Source: Microbotryum violaceum (taxonomy: Eukaryota). Taken from it: a DNA stretch of 64,000 nucleotides. The stretch lies in the NCBI GenBank assembly GCA_001244265.2, contig LN717261.1:1441591-1505590 (forward strand), in the 5' to 3' direction. A model generated the notes under the pieces. That model searched no databases. It had not been told where the DNA came from and was given only the letters and a program-made list of their open reading frames with translations. This document shows, in pieces, positions 1-12,933 of this stretch. Numbering within the stretch: the first letter of the stretch is position 1; each line of letters starts with the position of its first letter. The translations under genes were made by a program, and so were the position numbers.

Positions 1-802
<802 letters not shown>

Positions 803-814
803 GGTTATTCGCCC
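803..814 (+). promoter_or_regulatory. Primer-binding site (copia half-tRNA-iMet type, degenerate)
   Basis: GGTTATTCGCCC abuts the LTR end and resembles the copia-type PBS GGTTATG(A/G)GCCC. Confidence 0.7.
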
Positions 815-831
815 ATCGACCTACCGCTGGC

Positions 832-2226
832 ATGGACACGTCGTTGCCCCTAACGACGGGTGCCCACCCAACAATCCCCGCCAAACAGCTCGCCGCACTT
901 ACGTCGCTGCTGTCGGGTCTCACCACTGCCACATCCGCCACGTCGTCCGGCACCTCTCGCACCGCCTTTCCCAAGCACGCACGCTTGGATGGGCCCAAGA
1001 CGTTTGCGAGCTGGACACGCCAGCTTCGCCTCTGCCTCGCGGACGACATCCGCTCATACGTCCTTGACGGGATCGTGCCCGCCGACTGGACACCTTCGCA
1101 CCGCTCCGCCCGCGATGTCGTGGCACGTGAGCTCCTAGCGAACTCGATCGACTCAGCCGACGTCTCGGCAGTCCTCGACCAAATCCCTACCGCCGACCTC
1201 ACAGCGCCCAAAATCTACTCGACGCTGAAATCGCGGTATGCTCCGGATGACGCCACTCGCACGCTCGAGCTCTTCTCACGACTATGGAGTTTCTGGCCCA
1301 TGCCCGGCACCGTTTGCGAATTCGACGGTTGGATCATGGAGTTCAAAGCCATTGCGCAAGAAATCATTGCTACAAAGACGACTATCAACAATGTTCTCGC
1401 CACACTCCTCCTCGCCATTGCACACCCGTCCCTTGAGAGCTTCAAGGCGTCGTTCACCGATGAACAGCGCACCCAAAGATCTCTCCCTGCCATCGATTCG
1501 CTTGCCGATCGCATGCGTGTCCAACTTTGGTCCACCAACGTCCCCAGCACTCAATCAGCCCTCCTTGCCTCGTCGTCACGTTCTACCCGTCCCACATGTC
1601 TTGCCTGTCGCAGCCCTTCGCACCGTGTGGCGGAGTGCCCTGTGAGAGCGAAACACCCGCCGCCAGGCCCTTGTCGCTCCTGCAAGAAGAATCACTGGTC
1701 ATTCAACTGCAAGAAAGCTCTCGAGAACAGCAACAGGCCCGACACGGCCGACTCGACCGCCGACTCGCAACACCATGTCGGATGTCTCGCTACCGGCCTT
1801 CTTGCGCATCGTCGCCAGCTTCGCGCCAACTCCTTCGTCATTGACTCGGGCGCCACTTCGCACATGGTCTCGGACAAGTCACTGTTCACAAACTATCGAC
1901 ACGTCGCCCCTACGAAGATTGGTGGTATTGCAGGGGGTATTAACGCCATCGGGACGGGAAACATTGCCTTTGTTGCCGCCACGGGTCATCCGATCACGCT
2001 CACTGGTGTGCTGCACACTCCAGGCCTGCCTGTCAACCTTCTCTCGGTCTCACGTCTCTGCGACACCGACAACGTCCGCGCCGCCTTCATGAAATACGGC
2101 ATACACATTGACAAAGACGGCAACAACATTGCTGAAGGCGCAAGGCTCGACGAAGGGCTCTACTTGCTGGACGCTGATCATTCCAAATGTCAGCAGCTTG
2201 CTCTCCTCTCTCGCTCACAGTCTTCC
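832..2226 (+). CDS. Copia family-1 Gag-protease (N-terminal part of polyprotein, interrupted)
   Basis: Zinc knuckle [14 protein letters not shown], protease [18 protein letters not shown] motif. Broken at CTTCC by an inverted LTR. Confidence 0.9.
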
Positions 2227-2541
2227 TATAAGACGATCACCACGACTGTCAGGAGAGGTTGAGAGTCAAACAGAAGTGATGAGAAGGAAGCTAAGAAACA
2301 AAAAGAGGGGCCCGCGCTGGGATAGGCCCAGCCACGGGTGAAATCGCTGGCGCGCTGAGGCAGTCGCGCGCGTCGAAGTCCCCACCACAGGGGGGCGGCC
2401 TAGTGAGCGTGCACCCGAATCCGCCGGCGCCGGCGCGCTGAGGCAGTCGTGCGCGTCTAAGTCCTCACCGCAAGGGGGCGGGCTAGCGGGCTTGCGCAAC
2501 GACCGAGGTGCCCCTGTCGAGCTGAGAGTGGACTCTTCACA
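2227..2541 (-). repeat. Copia family-1 LTR, inverted, with an extra internal duplication toward the U3 side
   Basis: Reverse complement of 503-733. GGCGCGCTGAGGCAGTCG unit occurs twice (about 2349 and 2431). Confidence 0.9.
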
Positions 2542-3433
2542 GCAATGTCACCCAAGCGTGGCAAAAGGTCAATAGGGTTGGGGGACTCGGATCAAGCGGG
2601 CGAGGACGGCGCGGCAACGGACGTGGCACCACCGGTCGAGGGGATGGACAAGGCGTGGAGATTGCCGAGTCGGAGCTGCCCTGGTCAGAGGCGTAGGTGT
2701 TGGGGGAGTCCTGGTCAGGGAGGCCACCAGTACGGTTGATGAGGGAGCCTTGGTCAGAGGCAGGAAGAGAACCTTGGTCAGAGGCAGGAGGAGAGCCTCG
2801 GTCAGAGGCAGGGCGCGTGCGTGAGTCCTGGTCAGGGAGGACGCGGGCGGGGAGTGGACGGCGCGGGCCTTGGTCAGAGGCAGTGGGCGCGGGGGGTCCT
2901 GGGAGCTCGGCGCCAGGCGCCAGAGAGTGAGGGGAAGCAATGAGCAATGGCTCAGAGTGGCCTACCTGGTCGGGGTGAATGTCGGCGGCCACAGGAAGTG
3001 GAGTGGTGCCAGTGTGGGTGTCGGCCACGCTCTGCAAGCAGGGAACTCAGATTCACAAAAGATGACGTTGCAGAGGAGGAGGATTTTGTGTGTAGCCGGG
3101 TCAAATGGGCGATACACCTTCGCGTGGTCGTTGAGCCCTACTAACATGAGCGGCACAGCCTTGGGATCAAGGGCGGTGCGCTTAACCGAGGGAAGGCAGT
3201 GCCATGCACGACAACCAAAAGCACGTAATGAGGATACTGTAATACACCCCGTTGGAGTGTACACCTGAGCGACGACGACAAGGATCACAGGACCAAAGTA
3301 TGTAGAATTGACACTGGACACTCATATCAGTCGCTGGTATGACAATGCCTTCTGATCCACCTTGTGCTCACCTGGACACTCGTATCAGTCGCTGGAGAGA
3401 GACTAAGAGTGCCCAGGCGCGCGTCCCCTCTTC

Positions 3434-4672
3434 CTAAGGCCCGGGCGCACGGGCCTTACACTCTCCACCACCTAAACCAAACTCCCCTCCCTCCTTACAC
3501 CCTCCCCTCCTTGCCTTGTCCTCCCCCGCCTTCCCACTCTCCCACTCTTCCAACGCTGCGGTGTCTTCCAGGTGTGAGCATGGCTCCCATGTGTTGTCGC
3601 TGTCTGCCCACCCCTTCCATTTCACCAAGAACCTCTTCCTTGACCCCTTCCCCTTTTCGTCCACAATCCGTTCTACCTCCCACTCCTCGTTTCCTTGGAC
3701 GATAATGGCCGCTGGTTCCGTTGCCTCTCGTCCTGGGAACACCACCCCATTGTTCTTTACCCAGCGTCGGAGCTTGGAGGCGTGGAAGATGTTGTGCGAC
3801 TTGTCCCCCGCCTTGAGCTTCAGCTTGTAATTTGAGGTTTCGGGTTGTGCTGCTAGGACTTCGTAGGGGCCGTCAAACCGGGGAAAGAGTTTGGCTGACC
3901 GTGCTTCCCCATCGGCCTTGTACCGCAGTCGTTGATCCCGCGAGTTGACTAAGACCATGTCGCCAACTGCAAACCCGGGCTCCGGTTTCCTCGCCTTGTT
4001 GCTCTGGTTGGCCTGTCGGATCTTTGCAATTGCCAAATTGTCTCGGGCTTCCGCAACCGCTGCTTCACGTTGTTCCACGATGGATTTGACTGCCTGTGAC
4101 GTGGTTGAGCCCTCCACTGGGGTGATCGGTGTCAGCTCCGGCGTGAACCCAAGTACCACTTCAAATGGCGTCTTCCCCGTCGACCTGTTCATACTGGAGT
4201 TGATCACAAACTCCACCGTAGCCAAGTGCTTTGACCAGTCATTTTGCCGTCGGTTGACCATTGTTCGCAGGACTTGGATCACAGTCCGATTTGTTCGCTT
4301 GCTTCGGCCATCCGTTTGTGGGTGGAAAGACGTCGATGTTGCCAGTTTCGTTCCCAGCTGGCCCATGTACGCTCGCCAGAACTCGCTTGTGAAGAGCTTG
4401 TCGCGGTCGGAGACCAGCACTCGTGGCATGCCGAAGTGTCGATGCCACCCCTCAAAGAACCGGTCCGCCATGGTAGTCGCGTCATCCGTCGTGCGGCAGG
4501 GGATGAGGCGAACGTAGCCTGAAAGGCGATCTGTTACCGTAAGCAGTGCGTCATTACCATTGCTAGGTACAAGTGGCCCGACAAAGTCTAGGCCAACTTC
4601 CCGCATTGGCCGGTCAGGCACATTCAAATTGTGGATCCGACCGGCAAAACCGGTGCCATGCATCTTCATTGT
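3434..4672 (-). CDS. Gypsy integrase core, GPY/F motif and chromodomain (remnant)
   Basis: [38 protein letters not shown]...[17 protein letters not shown]. Reads through the PPT into the LTR. Confidence 0.92.
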   Translation of the reverse strand, partial: TMKMHGTGFAGRIHNLNVPDRPMREVGLDFVGPLVPSNGNDALLTVTDRLSGYVRLIPCRTTDDATTMADRFFEGWHRHFGMPRVLVSDRDKLFTSEFWRAYMGQLGTKLATSTSFHPQTDGRSKRTNRTVIQVLRTMVNRRQNDWSKHLATVEFVINSSMNRSTGKTPFEVVLGFTPELTPITPVEGSTTSQAVKSIVEQREAAVAEARDNLAIAKIRQANQSNKARKPEPGFAVGDMVLVNSRDQRLRYKADGEARSAKLFPRFDGPYEVLAAQPETSNYKLKLKAGDKSHNIFHASKLRRWVKNNGVVFPGREATEPAAIIVQGNEEWEVERIVDEKGKGSRKRFLVKWKGWADSDNTWEPCSHLEDTAALEEWESGKAGEDKARRGGCKEGGEFGLGGGECKARAPGP

Positions 4673-4766
4673 CTTGGAAGAGTGGGAGAGTGGGAAGGCG
4701 GGGGAGGACAAGGCAAGGAGGGGAGGGTGTAAGGAGGGAGGGGAGTTTGGTTTAGGTGGTGGAGAG

Positions 4767-4989
4767 TGTAAGGCCCGTGCGCCTGGGCCTTAGGAAGAGG
4801 GGACGCGCGCCTGGGCACTCTTAGTCTCTCTCCAGCAACTGATACAAGTGTCCAGGTGAGCACAAGGTGGATCAGAAGGCATTGTCATACCAGCGACTGA
4901 TGCGAGTGTCCAGTGTCAATTCTACATACTTTGGTCCTGTGATCCTTGTCGTCGTCGCTCAGGTGTACACTCCAACGGGGTGTATTACA
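4767..4989 (+). repeat. Third, inverted copy of the gypsy LTR, preceded by its chromodomain tail and PPT (4673-4766)
   Basis: TGTAAGGCCC...GTATTACA is the reverse complement of 3238-3460. Confidence 0.92.
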
Positions 4990-5030
4990 CTAAGGAGGGG
5001 AGGGTGTAAGGAGGGAGGGGAGTTTGGTTT

Positions 5031-6722
5031 TGTTGCTCCGTCCTTCAGCTCGATTCGGTGTCGGACCGGTGATTCATACGTCGAAACCGGAGGAATATCC
5101 CCCGGGAACCGATCCGCGAACTCGACCCGTAGCTTTGCCTCCCGCCGTCGCAACTCCGTCAACTCCGTTTCCCTTTGCTGGACCCCGTCGATGTAGGCAA
5201 TCACTGCACGCCAGTTGATCCGAGCTTTATCGCTTCGTTTGGCATTCCTCGCCGCGGCTCGCTGGGGGTGGGGTCCGAAGACCGGCGCAAGAAGGTCAAT
5301 CTTTACATCAGGCATGGTCGGATGTGGCACCAGGATCTTGTGTGCCGCGAAGTCGATGGTAACCTTGTGTTTTACAAGGAAGTTGAACCCCAGTACCACT
5401 TCCAAGGGCTCCTGCAGTTTAGCCACCTTCAGAATCGTGTGTCCCGCTTCCCATGCGCCATTCTCGAGCGTGATCGGAATCTTTACAAACGAGGTAACAT
5501 GAAACGCGCGTGCTTGGCCTTTGATTGCAGTTTTGACCAATGTAGGAACAGGGAGACGATGCATGACTAACCCCAGTTTCTCAACCACCTTATCTGCGAT
5601 AAAGGAGGAAGAGGCCCAGAGTCAGCAAGTGCCTGCAACATCTTTGACTTCGTGTTGTTGTGCAGAGTGATGGGAATGGTGGAGATGAACTGAGGGGCGT
5701 ACTCGTTTTCTTCGTCCGTTGAGATGTCGTCTTCTGAGTTTTCCGCAATTTGATGGAGGGTGTCGTTCTAGCCGCTTTCGCCGTCTTCTTTTCGAATTCG
5801 GCCCACCCCTCCGGGACATCCGGTGCCTGCTGCCAGTTGGCTGTACAGTCGCTCGCGCGGTGATCCGTGTTGATGCGTCTGCAGCTAAAGCATCCCTCCT
5901 TCTCCGAGAGATAATCCTTCATCGGGTCCGTGAGTCTCGTCGGCCTGCGTCGAGTGGTCGCCGAGGTCACGAAAGGTCGGCCAGAGTTGGTCTTTGGGCT
6001 CGTAGTCGAGGTTTGCGTTCGGGGAGTTGCTACAGGACGAACCGCTATGATCACATTCCATTGGGATCTTGCCAATCGCTCGAACACCTCGTAAGATAAT
6101 GTCTTGAGCTTGGGGAGCGCCGCCTTTGAAGCCGCCACGTAGTCTAAATCATCTTGGTGTAGGCCAGTACCCAACAGAAGGTCGTTCTGTCGTAGAACAA
6201 CGCTCAATTGAGGGTCCATGTTGAACAGTAGGATCTTGATGAACTCGATGTCGCTGAGGGCGGTCTGGCCGAGCTGCAGCTGTGAGGCCCGAAGTCCCGA
6301 AGCCCACGTCGCGTAGTCGTGGTTGCCTTGGTGGCTGTGGCCAATACGCTGCTCTGTCGTGAAGGCGAAATCCAAGGGTAGTGCCTTGCGGATGAAGGCG
6401 ACCCTAAGCTCGTCCCACGTGCGTTCCTCCGTCGCCGTCACCAGCCAATCCTTGAGCGCCTCGTGTTCAATGTGGTTGGCGATGAACATTATTTTAGTCG
6501 CATGTTCTTCACTTGGTACTGGAAGAACATGTGGTCCATGTTGTTGAGGAATGCGCGGATCGAGGAGAGAGTGAGTTTCGTGCCGTTCGCAAGCTTGGGC
6601 GCGCTGAGCTTCATGCCCCTTGGCATCGTTGCAACCTCCTGTTCATCGTCCGAGCTGTCTTCCCTTTCCTCTGGTGCCGATGGTGGCGCTGGTTGGGCGG
6701 TGGAGTTCTTGCCACGCGCCAT
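5031..6722 (-). pseudogene. Gypsy gag, zinc knuckle and aspartic protease, frameshifted
   Basis: ORFs 6489-6722, 5590-6489 and 4959-5588. [37 protein letters not shown] (RT start, then deleted). Confidence 0.85.
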
Positions 6723-7041
6723 GTTCGTCTGTTACCATTCGTTGTCGTTTGTTCGTTCCGTGGGTGTGTCGCTGGCGCACGTGGCAGTGTGCGTCTTTGA
6801 CCGGTGTGAAAAAAAAAGTGTAATACACCCCATTGGAGTGTACACCTGAGCGACAACGACAAGGATCACAGGACCAAAGTATGTAGAATTGACACTGGAC
6901 ACTCGTATCAGTCGCTGGTATGACAATGCCTTCTGATCCACCTTGTGCTCACCTGGACACTCGTATCAGTCGCTGGAGAGAGACTAAGAGTGCCCAGGCG
7001 CGCGTCCCCTCTTCCTAAGGCCCAGGCGCACGGGCCTTACA

Positions 7042-9040
7042 GATACATCCGGTGCAATGCCATACCAACGAGTGTCAGGGAGCGAATGCCTGCATGCAGC
7101 ATCAAGTTCTTGCAGTGTACAAAGTACGTGGCGGCCTCAGCCCAGAGGTGCGTGTCAGCACCGGCCAAGTAGAGTAAAGCAAGGATACCCTCTTTGATGG
7201 TGCGGTTGGTGCGTTCAACACGTCTGTTTTGTTGAGGAGTGTACGGAATAGTGAGCTCGCGACGTATACCCTTGGCCACACAGAAATCGACAAAGTTCCG
7301 AAGAGTGAACTCGCCACCATTGTCGGAGCGAATGGTCTTTACCCGGTCACCCATGGCGTTCTCTACCTCAAGAATCCAGGCGCGGAGATGGTGAAAGACG
7401 TCACTTTTGTGAGTGAGGAGGATGCACCAATGTTTGCGGGTGTAGTCGTCGACAATCACAAGCATGTAGCGATGACCGCCGAAGCTGGCCCGAGGCATTT
7501 GGGCAACATCGACGTGGACGAGGTCCAGGCGGCCGGACGCAATGGACTTGGAACGAGCAAAAGGGAGGGCATGCGCTTTGGAAGCGAGACAAGCATTGCA
7601 ATTGAAAGACCTAACCTCTTCCTCTGAATATACCCAATCCACCCCAGTGACCAAACCTTTCTGCACAACGCTCTTAAGTTGCGCCACGGGTAAATGCGCA
7701 AAGTGACGGTGCATAGTCAGCAAGGAAACTCTGTGAGGGGTGGCTAGGACGGCATTGGGCATACAGAGTGAGGGTGCGACAGTTAACGCGTATAGGTCAT
7801 TTGTGATTGCTTGTGCCGTGGCAACGACGGTGCCGGAGGAGTTGCGGATCGTGGCGTGGCCGGAACCGAAGGAGGTGGTGAAGCCGAGTCGATCCAGACG
7901 ACGGACCGATAATAAGTTGCACGGGAGCGAAGGTACCAAGAGTACGTCGGTCGCTACAACGGGGCCAGCTGAAGTCGAGAGACGGACGGAGCCACAACCG
8001 GTGGACGGGAGGGAACCGGCAACTCCAGCAACGTGCGGGCCAGCGAACGGCCGGAGGGTGGAGAGGAGCTGGCTGTCGTTGGCCATGTGGCGATTAGCGC
8101 CGGAGTCAAGGAGCCAAGCCGACTTAGGAAAGGCAGACGGGGTGGCGAGGAGGCACGCTGTGAAGGTGGCGGGTTCTGGCTTCTCGTCGACGGCAGGAGA
8201 GGCGACGGCGCGGGAACCCTTCTTGTGATTTCGCGAAGTCGCTCCGGTGGCAGCCTTGCGGGCGCGGAAGGCGGCGGCCCAGGCGGTGTCGGGACAGTCC
8301 CGAAGCCAGTGCATCTTTCGACAAGAGGGGTTGGGGCAAGGGCTATGAGGGACGCGTTGCTGAGAGGTGGTAGTGGCGGCAACGGGTGAGTCGACCGGAC
8401 GAGCCTTGATCTCGCCGTAGATACGGTCGAGGATCTCGGCGGCAGGGGGCAGTGTACGGGATGTGCCCTGAGAATTGACAAACGTTGTCCGCCAGGCGGA
8501 GAGGGAGGAGGGCATTCGGGCAAGCAAGTGTGACGCTAGTAGAGAATCCGTCGTCACCTTTGAGTCGTTGAGGAGGCGGGAGTCGTTCTCGAATCGGTCA
8601 CAAAACTGAAGGAACTCGTTGGCGGTGTCGGGCATAGGGTCGGGACTGAAGAGTCGAGAGATGACAGGGAGAAGACCGACCGCCGAGACAGCGCCATATC
8701 GCATGCGCAGAGCTACCCAAATCTTGTGACCGCTGCGAGGGTTGGCAAAGTATTGCGAGAGGCCGGGAAGAACCATCCGAGGATCGACGGCGGCGCAGAT
8801 TGAGGCGCGAGTGTAGTGATCCCATAATGAAACGTAAGATGGCGGCCAGGACAACGAAGGGACGCCAGACTGAAGGTAGTCGATAACGTCGGAGGGCAGA
8901 CGGGAGCATAGCGTCAGGACCCAGTCTTGATAGCCGTTGGTGTCGCGCAGAAGGTCGGAAGCAGCAAAGGCTGCGACCTGTGTGGGGGGGTGCGGTGGGG
9001 GGACCACGAGCGTTGAGGACTTGAGGGCGTCGTCGGACAT
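7042..9040 (-). CDS. Copia Gag-PR-INT polyprotein (interrupted)
   Basis: CPNPSCRKMHWLRDC, WLLDSGANRHM, CNACLASK, LDLVHVD, IRSDNGGEF, PYTPQQN. Confidence 0.93.
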
Positions 9041-9158
9041 GCCAGGCGTGCAGGGTGCAGGGCGGGGCTGAGTTGTGCGAAGCGCGAAAAAAAAAAAAAG
9101 AAACGACGCGGGCGGGCACGGAGGTGACCGTGCTGGTAGCTTGTTGTGGCTTATAACC

Positions 9159-9644
9159 TATGAACCACACAACTGCTCAAGCAGTGGTGAGTCTCTGATC
9201 AAAGGACCAAGGAGACCACACCAATGAAGTTGTTTGGGATTACACACCTGCTCAAGTGCTACAGTGAGTTACCATGACTATGGAAGAGAGAGAGGAACTA
9301 GAAGTGTAGTGCTCACCTGCTCAAGCGGTGGTGAGTCTCTGATCAACGGACCAAGGAAACCAGACCAATGAAGTTGCTTGAGCAGGAGAGTGAGAAGCGC
9401 GGAGCCAGTTGGCTGGGGTAAGTGCGCAACCAAGTCCGTGCCCCAGTGTCAAGCGCACGGACCCAGCCTGGAGGTAAGGGGAGCTAGGCGGAGAGTGACT
9501 AGGTCCGTGCACTTGATTCAGGTGCACAGACCAAGCCCAGTGATGAGAGAGCAGGGTGAAGGACAGGCCAAAAATCACAGAGAGGACAAGACAGAAAGAG
9601 GGAGATGATGTGAGAAGGAATTAAAGAGAGTTGTAACTCTCACA
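9159..9644 (-). repeat. Copia family-2 LTR, long form (486 bp)
   Basis: Homologous to 12592-12933 but carries an extra 144 bp at 9173-9316. Confidence 0.9.
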
Positions 9645-10400
9645 GACATCAGCACCCTTTGTGCCTTCGGTTGCCGCGCTTGGCATCACCTCCCTTCGGC
9701 AAAGCGCACCGACCTTGACCCTAAGGCCATGCCCCTTCTGTTTGTTGGCTTCGATCATCACGCCAAGGCTTTCCGCCTCTTTGAGTCGTCCACGTAAGAT
9801 ACACCTCAGCCGGAATGTTGTCTTTTGTGAATCCGAGTTCCCTGCACTCTGGCCCGTCACCGACGTTCGCGCTGGACCCGTCCCACTCCCCATTGTCATT
9901 GATGCTTACCCTGACTAGGTAGACCTCCCTGAGCCTTCGCTCCCTTGCGCCCCGCGCTGAGCCACTCCCACCTGCGCCGGTAGCCTCTGACCAGGGCCGC
10001 ACGCACAGTTCCTCCCCTGCCTGTGACGTCCCTGACCAGGACTCACTTGCACCACCTGCCTCTGACCTAGGCTCCCCTGCTAGTGAGCTCCCTGACCCGG
10101 ACTCACCTGCATCCCGCTCCTCTGACCAAGGCAGCTCCGACTCAGCCCTCTCCACGCGGCCCTCTCCACGCCCCACGGCTCCCCGTATGTTGCCAGTGCC
10201 ACCCTCACTTGCTCAGTTTGACTCCCCGGATCCAATCGACCTCCTGTCATGCCCACGCAATGTTGCTTTGCTATGCTGGGTGCAGGAGTTTCCCAACAAT
10301 GTGGATGATGCATTCCACTCGCCCTCGGCCGTGGCCTACCTTGCCTCTGGTGCCGCCACTCTCCTCAAGACCTCACCTGCCGACCCCACGGAACTGATCG
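9645..10400 (+). pseudogene. Copia integrase C-terminus and linker fragment; inverted continuation of the element that starts at 20924
   Basis: DISTLCAFGCRAWHHLPS...SRNVVFCESEFP continues the minus-strand RWHGFAPDI at about 12960-12934. Confidence 0.85.
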
Positions 10401-12591
10401 TTCATTTCTGAAAATCACGCGTTTTCTGTTCTTGCGGTTTAGTGTCGGTTTAGGCATTTTGAAATGAACGCCCTGCGTGCGCATCCAATTTAGCTTGCCT
10501 CTGATCAAAGTTGATTGATGCATCTCAAGAGGCACTTCTCAGCGCATCAATCCGCGCTCACTCGAACTATTGTTCTCAACTCCTCACAATGGTCCGCAAA
10601 AGCGCTATTCAATGGCAACGTGATGATGGTCGCGTCGAGATCAAAGAAACGGAGAGGGATCTTCAAGAACTTTTATCCCTCAACCAATCCATTCTGCTGG
10701 AGATTGATACGGGGATGGAGTACAACTTGTTGTCGGACGCGATGGACACGGACTCCGACGCGTCATTGCCTCCAGCCTCTTTCTCACCGTTGGAAGACCT
10801 GCAATCCGCCAATGTTACCAACAGCACAGCAAATTGCTGCTCTATCCCGGAAACTCCACTGGTTGATTCTTGGCTTTGCCAATTCTGCCCCAAATTGTCC
10901 GAAGTGCCCGATGACCAGTCTGACGTTCTTGACAGGCTGAGGACATTCCGCACCAATCACTTTCGCATGAGCTACCGCTAATACAGGCTCTTTGGGACCA
11001 CCTAGATATTTTGCTCTGCAAATAAGAAGAACTCGCGGGACAATGCTACGCAAATCAGGCAAAGAACTACGCCGGCAGAGGACCCGGCCACGGGCTGATG
11101 AGGTGTTTGGATGTGGAGCGGGGTCATTGATTGTCTCGAGGTTGGCGGGAGACGTGAGACCTTGACTGGTTTCACCTGGCTATTCACAAGCCTTCCTGTA
11201 CTTTGCTTTCTCTCTGCAGCGGGTGTTTGACTATATCAGCTCTTGCCGGATCAGACGTCTGATTCAAGCTGGAGAATTACCGTTTCCACCATCCTATTGC
11301 GCGTTCGATAATAATTCTCTTCACAGGCCGGCCCGAGGAGTGGGCCTTCGCGTCGGGGCTAAAGAAATGCGCCATGTCCGGACGCTTGCTGTACACCCCT
11401 TCCATCATCTACAATAGGTCAAATGAGAAGTAAGACACGTACCGAGAGATCGAAGTTGGATGCATGCGAGTTGGCAACTCAAGACTTTACCTCAAACAAC
11501 GCGTTGTTGCGCTTCTTGTTGTAGGTGGGGTTGCACTTTCCTTTTTCGGTCGCCGGAGCGTGTTTAGTTAGGGTGGCCGCAATAATGTTGTGTTGCTTGA
11601 GAAACTCGAAGTAGAGCGGCGCGTCGGAATCTAACCTTGCGGGAAAGTTTTCCGATTTCGACGACTTCGTCAATGGGGTCGGGGAAGACGTTTTGGCCGG
11701 CGGAGTTGTTTTGGTCCGCTTCGAGGTTTGCGACGGGCTCAGACTCTGTCGCTTCTCAGACCCCTTGCGAACCTTGGTCTTGCGTTCTGAGGTTCGCCTG
11801 GGCATTTAAACATTGAAAGCTTCCGTCAGCTCTTTGCTTGATACACACCAGTACGATGACCGATACATACTTTTGACGGGGAAGGGACGCCCTCCGAGGA
11901 TAAGGACGACGAGAGGGGCCTGTTGCTTTGACGCGCCAGGACAGGCCGTTGCCTCGCTTGCAGCATATTTGAGGGTACCCGTTCTGGGAGCAGTTGTAGA
12001 GTGGCGAGACGTGAGTTTAAGTGCCCACCCTCCCAGGTGCAGAATCACAGCAAAGCAAGCTCACACTTGGTTGGCTGCGAACGACGTGTGGACAACGTCG
12101 CGTCGAGTCGTGTCCGCTTTGCTTTCAGATGGGTATTGCGTCGCAAGCTTGGAGGCAAAGGTGATGAAGAATCAGCAACGCTAGACGATTGAGTGCGCAT
12201 CCTAGGTTAAGAATGGGCCTTCCGTGAACGAAGAAAATGTTCCAATAGTGCAAAAGTGAAGTGTGGTGAAATGCTGAGGGGTGGTTGTTCGAGCTCAAGA
12301 ACAGTTGGGCGTGTCGACGCACGAGACGGTCTTCCCACTGCTGGGAATCAGCACCTATCAGCACCGAACATGAACCAGAAACAATGCGCCATCATATACA
12401 CAAGTCCACTTTTTTCTAAATAAATAAAATATAAGATGGGAATAACATTCTCAGTTGGTCTAGGATGCATGAGAGTGTATTGAGGAATATTATCAGTCTG
12501 TTGTCACTGCATTGACTGTGATTTAAACCTGCTCGCAAGCAGGGTTAATGCAAGCGGTTTAAGAGCGGTTTAAGGTGGTTTAGCAACGGTT

Positions 12592-12933
12592 TGTGAGAGT
12601 TACAACTCTCTTTACTTCCTTCTCACATCATCTCCCTCTTTCTGTCTTGTCCTCTCTGTGATTTTTGGCCTGTCCTTCACCCTGCTCTCTCATCACTGGG
12701 CTTGGTCTGTGCACCTGCATCAAGTGCACGGACCTAGTCACTCTCCGCCTAGCTCCCCTTACCTCCAGGCTGGGTCCGTGCGCTTGACACTGGGGCACGG
12801 ACCTGGTTGCGCACTTACCCCAGCCAACTGGCTCCGCGCTTCTCACCCTCCTGCTCAAGCAACTTCATTGGTCTGGTCTCCTTGGTCCGTTGATCAGAGA
12901 CTCACCACCGCTTGAGCAGTCGTGTGGTTCATA
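12592..12933 (+). repeat. Copia family-2 solo-type LTR, short form (342 bp)
   Basis: TGTGAGAG...GGTTCATA. No PPT upstream and no PBS downstream. Right flank ATGTC is the reverse complement of GACAT at 9645-9649. Confidence 0.9.

Larger units (their letters stand above)
3238..7041 (-). mobile_element. Ty3/gypsy chromovirus, internally deleted and rearranged, TSD GATAC
   Basis: 223-bp LTRs at 3238-3460 and 6819-7041 (TG...CA). GATAC at 3233-3237 and 7042-7046. Purine tract next to the 3' LTR. Confidence 0.95.
2542..9644 (-). mobile_element. Ty1/copia element (family-2 LTR), interrupted by a gypsy at 3238-7041 and by the family-1 element at 2541
   Basis: 5' LTR 9159-9644, PBS GGTTATAAGCC (9148-9158 rc), gag-PR-INT ORF 9040-7042, integrase C-terminus (SSLRAFGCRAW) and PASDQG linker at 3237-2542. 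Confidence 0.9.

Noticed and set aside
11420-11427. CAAATGAG as partner TSD of the hAT-like end at 21253
   Set aside because: It is not adjacent to a TAGGGCTG-like terminus, so it is probably a chance match.
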